Below are positions 58,193 to 64,000 of a stretch of DNA of 64,000 nucleotides, in pieces; position 1 is the stretch's first letter, and the number at the start of each line of letters is the position of its first letter. The notes under the pieces are model-generated. The model searched no databases, was not told the origin of the DNA, and saw nothing but the letters and a program-made list of their open reading frames with translations. Made by a program: the position numbers and the translations under genes. The stretch covers positions 108-64,107 of the forward strand of contig JBOIFE010000116.1 in assembly GCA_050741015.1 (NCBI GenBank). Direction: 5' to 3'. This stretch comes from Burkholderiales bacterium. Its GTDB lineage: Bacteria > Pseudomonadota > Gammaproteobacteria > Burkholderiales > SG8-39.

Positions 58193-58201
58193 TTATTCAC
58201 A
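58193..58201 (+). promoter_or_regulatory. DnaA-box-like 9-mer TTATTCACA (8/9 to TTATCCACA)
   Basis: Read directly from the sequence, 2 nt after the hemE stop. Confidence 0.35.
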
Positions 58202-58356
58202 CGTTGGCATTTTGCAGAGCGCCTCGACGCCGTGCAGGCGGCATTCCGCCTTCTTCCTCCTAAATTATTGAGCGGACACGGTTTTCTGCTACTTTGCGGG
58301 CGGCGGATTCGAGCCTTTCGAGGGAGTCCCGCCAGAGTGACGCCTGCGTGACCAGT

Positions 58357-58377
58357 TTATTCACACTCTTATCCACA
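58357..58377 (+). promoter_or_regulatory. tandem DnaA boxes TTATTCACA-ctc-TTATCCACA (second is a perfect consensus)
   Basis: Read directly from the sequence. Both boxes have the same orientation and sit about 105 nt upstream of the priA GTG. Confidence 0.45.
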
Positions 58378-58480
58378 CCCTGTGCTGGATTCGAGAAATG
58401 CCGTTTTGCGGCAAGGGCTACGGACACAATCGAGATGCGCCGTGTCAACTCGAAAAACTAACCCGTTGCCGACACTAGAC

Positions 58481-60466
58481 GTGTTGCGCGTTGCACTCGA
58501 CGTCCCGCTCGCAACGCTGTTCGACTATCTGCCGTCGCCGGAGATCGACGCGAGGCCCGGCGACCGGGTCGTCGTGCCGTTTGGCACGCGTTCGCGCGTC
58601 GGCGTGGTCGTCGAGACCGGCGCGGGCAGCACCGTCGCCGCCGAAAAGCTCAAACCCGTCACGAGCGTGCTCGAAGATGCGCCGCGGCTGCCGCCGGCGT
58701 GGCTGGAATTCATGCGATTTCTCGCCGTGTACTACCAGCGACCGCTCGGCGAGACGGTGATCGGCGCGCTGCCGCCGCGCCTGCGCTCGCTCAAGCCATT
58801 GCCCAAGGCGGTACGCGAGGGTGGCGAGGCGACGCCCGCGAGCGCGCGGTTCGTCGCGATCCACGCGCTAAGCGAGGCACAAACCGCCGCCGACGCCCGC
58901 ATCGCGGGGGCGCTCGGCCGGTACGCGGCCCTCCTCCTGCATGGCATTACCGGCAGCGGCAAGACCGAGGTGTACCTGCGCGCGATCTCGCGCGTGCTGG
59001 CGCGCGGCGGCCAGGCGCTGGTGCTGGTGCCCGAGATCAGCCTGACGCCGCAGCTCGAAGCGCGCTTTCGGCGCGCTTTCCCGGAGGCGAAGATCGCTCT
59101 CCTGCACAGCGCGCTGCAGGACGTGCCGCGAACCGCGGCGTGGCTCGCGGCCGCGCGCGGCGAAGCGGGCGTGGTGCTTGGCACGCGGCTCGCGGTGCTC
59201 GCGCCGATGCCGCGCCTGGAGCTCGTGGTCGTGGACGAAGAGCACGACACGTCCTTCAAGCAGCAGGAGGGCCTGCGCTACTCGGGCCGCGACGCGGCGG
59301 TCGTACGCGCCAAGCTCGTCGGCTGCCCGGTGATCCTCGGCTCGGCCACGCCGTCGCTGGAGACCTGGCACAACGCCCTCGGCGGCCGCTACGAGCGTCT
59401 CGCGCTTCCAGAGCGGGCCGTTCCCGGGGCGCGGCTGCCCGAGCTCCGAACCGTCGACCTGCGCCGCGAGAACGCCGAACATGGCTTCGCGCCGAGCGTG
59501 CTGGCCGCGATCGGCGCGCGGCTCGAGCGGGGCGAGCAGAGCCTCGTGTTCATCAATCGCCGCGGCTACGCCCCGGTGCTTGCCTGCCACGCCTGCGACT
59601 GGAGCGCAGGCTGCGGGCGCTGCACCGCGCGCCTGGTGCTGCATCGCGCCGACCGGCGGCTGCGTTGCCACCATTGCGGCGACGAATCGCCCATCCCGCG
59701 CGCCTGCCCGGTTTGCGGGAACCTGGACCTGAAGGCGATGGGGCGCGGCACGCAGCGCGTGGAGGAGACGCTCGCCGCGCGCTTTCCCGAGGCGCGCGTG
59801 GTCCGCATCGACCGCGACAGCGCGCGGCGCCGCGGCCAGCTCACGGCAACGCTGGCCGGCATCGCGCGCGGCGAGGCCGACATCCTGGTCGGCACGCAGC
59901 TGCTCGCCAAGGGGCACGACTTTCCGCTGCTCACTTTTGTCGCCGTGCTCGACGCCGACGGCGGGCTACTGTCCACCGACTACCGGGCCGGCGAGCGCCT
60001 GTACTCGACCCTCGCGCAAGTCGCGGGACGAGCGGGCCGCGCCGACCGCGCGGGCGAGGTGCTGGTGCAGACGCGCTATCCGGGGCACCCGCTGTTCGCC
60101 GCGCTGGCAAGCCACGACTACGCCGCGTTTGCCGCGGCGCAGCTCGCCGAGCGCGAGGGCGCCGGGTTTCCGCCGTTCGTGCACGAGGCGGCGCTGCGCG
60201 CCGAGGCCGACCGGCTCGCGAAAGCGATGGCGTTCCTCGAGTCGGCGGGGCGCCTGGTGCCCGCGCCCGAGGACGTGCGCATCTACGACCCGGTGCCGCA
60301 CGTCATCACGCGGCGCGCCGACCTCGAGCGCGCCCAGCTGCTTGTGCAGTCGCCCTCGCGACCGTCGCTGCAGGCGTTCTTGCGCTCGTGGAGCGAACGG
60401 CTCTTCGCCGAGGCGCCGCACGGGGTACGCTGGCATCTCGACGTGGACCCGATCGGGTTCGACTGA
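58481..60466 (+). CDS. priA: primosomal replication-restart helicase PriA
   Basis: The GTG at 58481 gives (M)[17 protein letters not shown], which resembles the E. coli N-terminus as I recall it. Walker [19 protein letters not shown], and the zinc cluster [24 protein letters not shown]. The ORF-track start at 58382 is probably too early. Confidence 0.88.
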   Translation: MLRVALDVPLATLFDYLPSPEIDARPGDRVVVPFGTRSRVGVVVETGAGSTVAAEKLKPVTSVLEDAPRLPPAWLEFMRFLAVYYQRPLGETVIGALPPRLRSLKPLPKAVREGGEATPASARFVAIHALSEAQTAADARIAGALGRYAALLLHGITGSGKTEVYLRAISRVLARGGQALVLVPEISLTPQLEARFRRAFPEAKIALLHSALQDVPRTAAWLAAARGEAGVVLGTRLAVLAPMPRLELVVVDEEHDTSFKQQEGLRYSGRDAAVVRAKLVGCPVILGSATPSLETWHNALGGRYERLALPERAVPGARLPELRTVDLRRENAEHGFAPSVLAAIGARLERGEQSLVFINRRGYAPVLACHACDWSAGCGRCTARLVLHRADRRLRCHHCGDESPIPRACPVCGNLDLKAMGRGTQRVEETLAARFPEARVVRIDRDSARRRGQLTATLAGIARGEADILVGTQLLAKGHDFPLLTFVAVLDADGGLLSTDYRAGERLYSTLAQVAGRAGRADRAGEVLVQTRYPGHPLFAALASHDYAAFAAAQLAEREGAGFPPFVHEAALRAEADRLAKAMAFLESAGRLVPAPEDVRIYDPVPHVITRRADLERAQLLVQSPSRPSLQAFLRSWSERLFAEAPHGVRWHLDVDPIGFD

Positions 60467-60504
60467 GAAAATCTCCTTACCCTTACAATCCGCGACCTCT
60501 TTCG

Positions 60505-62151
60505 ATGGAACGCGACGCGAAATCCGAGCTCGAGCGAATCCTCACCGACGAGGTGAGGAAGCTGCCGTACGCGCCCGCCGGCTTCAGCGTCGTGCTGGAG
60601 CGGCCGCGCCGTCCCGATCACGGAGACTTCTCGAGCACCGCCGCGCTGCAGCTCGCCAAGGCCGCGGGCAAGCCCTCGCGTACCGTGGCCGAGGACATCC
60701 TGCGCGTGGCGCGAAACCGGCTCGCCGCCTCGGGCCTCGCCGAGGCGCCGGAGATCGTCGGCCCGGGATTCTTCAACCTCCGGCTTAAGAAGGGCGCGCA
60801 GCAGACGGTCGTTGCCGAGATCCTGCGGCGGGGAGGGAACTACGGCCGCGCGACGCAGCCGAACGCGGAGCGCGTCATGGTCGAATTCGTCTCCGCCAAT
60901 CCGACGGGCCCCCTGCACGTCGGCCACGGACGGCAGGCAGCGCTCGGGGATGCGCTCGCGGCGCTGCTCGAGGCGCAGGGGAACGCCGTCACGCGCGAGT
61001 TCTACTACAACGACGCGGGCGCGCAGATCGAAAACCTCGCGCGCTCGGTGCAAGCGCGCGCCGGCGGCATGACGCCGGAGGACCCCGGGTGGCCGCCCGA
61101 CGGCTATCGCGGCGAGTACATCGAGGAGATCGCGCGCGACTTCGTCGCGGGCGGCGGCGACGCCGCGAACCTCGAGGCCGCGCGCAAGTTCGCGGTCGCG
61201 GCGCTGCGGCGCGAGCAGGACGCAGACCTGCAGGCCTTCGGCGTGAAGTTCGACGTCTATTACCTCGAGTCGAGCCTGTACACCGACGGTCGCGTCGATG
61301 CGGTGGTGCAGGCGCTCGTCGCGGGCGGGCACGCCTACGAGCGCGACGGCGCGCTTTGGCTGCGCACAACCGACTATGGCGATGACAAGGACCGAGTCGT
61401 GCGCAAGTCCGACGGCACGTATACCTATTTCGTCCCCGACGTCGCCTACCACGTGACGAAGTGGGAGCGGGGGTTTCGCAAGGCGATCGACGTCCAGGGC
61501 ACCGACCACCACAGTACGGTGACACGCGTTCGGGCGGGGCTGCAGGCCCTCGGCCTCGGAATCCCGGCCGGATATCCCGACTACGTGCTGCACAGCCTGG
61601 TCAAGGTGATGCGCGGCGGCGAAGAGGTGAAGATTTCCAAGCGCGCCGGCAGCTACGTCACGGTGCGCGACCTGATCGACTGGGTCGGGCGCGACGCGGT
61701 GCGCTTCTTCCTCGTGTCGCGGCGCGCGGACTCCGAGTTCGTGTTCGACGTCGACCTCGCGCGCTCGCAGAGCGAGGAGAACCCGGTCTACTACGTCCAG
61801 TACGCGCACGCCCGGGTGTGCAGCATGCTGCGGCAGTGGGGCGGGGAAGCGTCGTCGCTGGGCGACGCGCCGCTCGAGGCGCTCAAGGGCGAGCGCGAAG
61901 CCGCGCTGATGCGCCGCCTCGGCGAGTATCCCGAGCTCATCGCGACCGCGGCACGCGAGCTTGCGCCGCATTCGGTTGCGTTTTACCTGCGCGAACTCGC
62001 GGCAGAGTTTCACAGCTACTATAATGCCGAGCGCATCCTGGTCGAGGACGCGGCGACGCGCGCGGCGCGGCTCGCGCTGTGCGCCGCGGTCCGCCAGGTG
62101 CTCGCGAGCGGGCTCGCGCTGCTCGGCGTGGGCGCCCCGGAAAGGATGTGA
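60505..62151 (+). CDS. argS: arginine--tRNA ligase
   Basis: Internal ATG of the 1150-aa ORF. HIGH-type [18 protein letters not shown]-like VKISKRAGS, and [12 protein letters not shown]. Confidence 0.92.
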   Translation: MERDAKSELERILTDEVRKLPYAPAGFSVVLERPRRPDHGDFSSTAALQLAKAAGKPSRTVAEDILRVARNRLAASGLAEAPEIVGPGFFNLRLKKGAQQTVVAEILRRGGNYGRATQPNAERVMVEFVSANPTGPLHVGHGRQAALGDALAALLEAQGNAVTREFYYNDAGAQIENLARSVQARAGGMTPEDPGWPPDGYRGEYIEEIARDFVAGGGDAANLEAARKFAVAALRREQDADLQAFGVKFDVYYLESSLYTDGRVDAVVQALVAGGHAYERDGALWLRTTDYGDDKDRVVRKSDGTYTYFVPDVAYHVTKWERGFRKAIDVQGTDHHSTVTRVRAGLQALGLGIPAGYPDYVLHSLVKVMRGGEEVKISKRAGSYVTVRDLIDWVGRDAVRFFLVSRRADSEFVFDVDLARSQSEENPVYYVQYAHARVCSMLRQWGGEASSLGDAPLEALKGEREAALMRRLGEYPELIATAARELAPHSVAFYLRELAAEFHSYYNAERILVEDAATRAARLALCAAVRQVLASGLALLGVGAPERM

Positions 62152-62771
62152 TGGCGGCAATCGCACACGCGCAATCCCGCAAGGGCTCGGGCGGCGGATT
62201 CCTCGCAGGCCTCTTCGTCGGGCTGCTCGCGGGCCTTGCGCTCGCGCTCGGCATCGCGATGTACCTGAACAAGACGCCGATCCCGTTCATGAGCCGCGCC
62301 AAGTCCGGCGACGAGCCCAAGCCGCCGCCGTTCGCGGGGCTGCCGCAGGGCGGCCAGGCGCAAAAGCCGACCGTGCCGGCGAAGACCGCAGTCAAACCGC
62401 GCTTCGACTTCTACAAGATCCTCGCGGGCGGCGAGGAGCCGCTCAGCGACCGCGAGCTGCGCGAGAAGCTGCGCGCCGCGCAGGCGCCGGCCGCCGGCGC
62501 GCCGGCGTCCAAGGACGTGTTCTTCATCCAGGCCGGGGCGTTCCAGAACCCCGCCGAGGCCGACAACCAGAAGGCGCGGCTCGCGATCCTCGGGTTCGAG
62601 TCCAACGTCGAGACCGCGAGCCTGCCGGACAAGGGCAGTTTCTACCGCGTGCGCCTGGGTCCCTACACCAAGATCGAGGACCTGAACCGCGTTCGCCAGT
62701 CGCTGGCGCAGAACGGAATCGACGCGACGCTGGTCAAACTCAAGGATTCCGCCAACCGCAAGGTCAATTGA
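62151..62771 (+). CDS. SPOR-domain septal peptidoglycan-binding protein (FtsN-like)
   Basis: The ATG shares one base with the argS stop. One TM segment FLAGLFVGLLAGLALALGIAMY, a Pro-rich linker, and the C-terminal SPOR domain FFIQAGAFQNPAEADNQKARLAILGF...YRVRLGPY. Confidence 0.8.
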   Translation: MAAIAHAQSRKGSGGGFLAGLFVGLLAGLALALGIAMYLNKTPIPFMSRAKSGDEPKPPPFAGLPQGGQAQKPTVPAKTAVKPRFDFYKILAGGEEPLSDRELREKLRAAQAPAAGAPASKDVFFIQAGAFQNPAEADNQKARLAILGFESNVETASLPDKGSFYRVRLGPYTKIEDLNRVRQSLAQNGIDATLVKLKDSANRKVN

Positions 62772-62772
62772 G

Positions 62773-63411
62773 ATGGATCAACGCCGCCGCACCCTGACCG
62801 CCCTGCTCGCGCTCGCGCCGCTCGCCGCCCGGGCGCAACCCCAAGCGCCGCTCGCCGGCGAGGACTACACGGAGGTCCGCCCCGCGCAGCCCGTGGAGGT
62901 CCCGGGCAAGATCGAGGTCGTCGAGTTCTTCTGGTATGGCTGCCCGCACTGCTATTCGCTCGAGCCCTTGCTGGAGAAGTGGATCGCGCGGCTGCCCGCC
63001 GACGTCAATTTCCGCCGCGTGCCCGCGGTGCTGAACGAAGGCTGGGCCAAGGAAGCGGCGGATTTCTACAGTTTCGAGGCGCTCGGCGTGCTTGCGCGGC
63101 TGCATCGGCCCTTCTTCGACGCCATCCACCGCGACCACGTCGATACGCGCGATCCCAAGGTCCTCGACGAATGGTTGTCAAAGCACGACGTCGACGCCAA
63201 GCGCTTCGAAGAGGCGTACAAGTCCTTCGGCGTGCAGACCAAGGTGCGCCGTGCGATGCAGGTCACGGCAAGCTACCGCATCGACGGCACGCCGGCGCTC
63301 GCGGTCGCCGGCCTGTACACGGTGAGCGCGCAGCAGGGCCGCACGCAAGACCGGCTGCTCGGCATCGTGGACTACCTGGTCGAGGTCGTGCGCAAGGGCG
63401 GCAAGTTCTAG
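62773..63411 (+). CDS. dsbA: periplasmic thiol:disulfide oxidoreductase DsbA
   Basis: Signal peptide, FFWYGCPHCYSLEP (CPHC active site), and GTPALAV (cis-Pro loop). Confidence 0.85.
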   Translation: MDQRRRTLTALLALAPLAARAQPQAPLAGEDYTEVRPAQPVEVPGKIEVVEFFWYGCPHCYSLEPLLEKWIARLPADVNFRRVPAVLNEGWAKEAADFYSFEALGVLARLHRPFFDAIHRDHVDTRDPKVLDEWLSKHDVDAKRFEEAYKSFGVQTKVRRAMQVTASYRIDGTPALAVAGLYTVSAQQGRTQDRLLGIVDYLVEVVRKGGKF

Positions 63412-63420
63412 GGCGCACGC

Positions 63421-63999
63421 TTGCGCCGGATCCTTGCTGGGTTCGCGGGCTTCGCGATCCTCGCGCTCGTCGCCGCGAACGCGGCCTGGGCGCAGACCGC
63501 GCCCGTCGAGGGGCGCGCCTTCCGGACGTTCGATCCGGCGCAGGCGAGCCCGCGTGATCGGATCGAGGTCATCGAGTTCTTCTACTACGGCTGTCCCGTG
63601 TGCTACGAGACCGAGCCGCAGCTCGCGCGCTGGCTGCAGGGCGCGGGGCCCGACGTGCGCCTGCGCCGCGTGCCAGCCGCCAACCCCGTCGCCTGGGAGT
63701 CTTTCGCCCGCACCTACTACACGCTCGAGGCGATGGGCGAGCTCGAGCGCCTGCACTGGGCGGTCTACGACAATCACCATTTCGATGACCGCCGCCTCGA
63801 CGTGGAGGCGAACGTCGAGGCCTGGGCCGGCGCCAACGGTGTCGATGCGGCGCGCTTTCGCAGCATCTGGCATTCGCTCGAGACGCGGCAGAAGGTCGAG
63901 TTCGCCCGCCACATGCTTGGCACCTACGATGTGCACGGCGTACCGACCTTCGTCGTCGACGGCCGCTATGCGACCTCGCCGAAGATGGCGGGGGGCGTG
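63421..63999 (+). CDS. second DsbA-like thiol:disulfide oxidoreductase (3' end outside window; absent from ORF track)
   Basis: My own frame-1 translation from TTG 63421: (M)RRILAGFAGFAILALVAANAAWA/QTAPVEG...IEVIEFFYYGCPVCYETEPQLARW...HGVPTFVVDGRYATSPKMAGGV. The frame stays open to the window end. Signal peptide plus CPVC motif. Confidence 0.75.
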   Translation, partial: MRRILAGFAGFAILALVAANAAWAQTAPVEGRAFRTFDPAQASPRDRIEVIEFFYYGCPVCYETEPQLARWLQGAGPDVRLRRVPAANPVAWESFARTYYTLEAMGELERLHWAVYDNHHFDDRRLDVEANVEAWAGANGVDAARFRSIWHSLETRQKVEFARHMLGTYDVHGVPTFVVDGRYATSPKMAGGV

Positions 64000-64000
64000 A

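Noticed and set aside
58260-58448. A 62-aa minus-strand ORF in the hemE-priA gap with a less junk-like composition.
   Set aside because: It has only a TTG start and no Shine-Dalgarno sequence. By my count its third-position GC is about 57 %, far below what the real genes here appear to use. There is no recognisable motif, and it spans the DnaA boxes. I treat it as non-coding.
58699-60504. The N-terminal 600 residues of the 1150-aa ORF that ends as argS.
   Set aside because: This part overlaps priA in another frame and is Arg/Ala-rich junk. The ArgRS sequence begins at the ATG at 60505, after an intergenic gap.
62592-62606. A tRNA T-arm-like string GGGTTCGAGTCCAAC.
   Set aside because: It is inside the SPOR-domain CDS (codons for LGFESNV). 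No acceptor or anticodon stems can be drawn around it.
63409-63423. The idea that the in-frame TAG between the two DsbA genes signals programmed readthrough or a fused protein.
   Set aside because: The downstream gene has its own complete signal peptide and a usable TTG start. A fusion would bury that signal peptide internally, so the in-frame arrangement is most simply a tandem-duplication scar.

Overview
High-GC proteobacterial chromosomal segment. By eye, sampled 60-nt lines are about 68-80 % GC outside one island. Local gene orders (pcm-tolC-waaA, zapA-6S RNA, hemE-priA, argS-SPOR-dsbA) are most reminiscent of Betaproteobacteria; this is an untested inference. I call 66 coding or RNA genes, all apparently intact. 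No rRNA, tRNA, CRISPR, transposase or integrase was seen. Bases 1864-52065 form one very large envelope-glycan (LPS/O-antigen/EPS) super-locus, bracketed by waaA and a GT9 heptosyltransferase. It contains msbA and an O-antigen-ligase-family protein. It has two initiating transferases (WbpL/WecA-type and WbaP-type) and two export routes (Wzx flippase and Wzm/Wzt ABC exporter). It also has about 16 glycosyltransferases, at least 6 SAM methyltransferases and four nucleotide-sugar branches. The GDP branch has manC, two gmd paralogues, fcl, and two DegT aminotransferases with an acyltransferase. The dTDP branch is rmlBACD. The UDP branch has wbpM-like, galE and a UDP-GlcA-epimerase-like gene. The CDP branch is rfbF-rfbG plus a sugar C-methyltransferase, a 3,5-epimerase and a 4-reductase. 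The most novel candidate is that CDP operon (46534-50984), which predicts a CDP-linked 3-C-methyl-6-deoxy-L-hexose (vinelose/evalose-type) pathway. Second is a roughly 50 % GC island (39767-44565) carrying a GT11 fucosyltransferase, two FkbM methyltransferases and Wzm/Wzt with a C-terminal glycan-binding extension. Downstream are a hicBA toxin-antitoxin pair and a cobalamin riboswitch driving a btuB-like receptor divergent from btuF. After these come zapA, 6S RNA, an EVE-domain gene, hemE, a DnaA-box cluster, priA, argS, a SPOR protein and two tandem DsbA paralogues. The second DsbA runs off the window and is missing from the ORF track. All functional calls rest on motifs read from the translations and on remembered family signatures. 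No database search was run.
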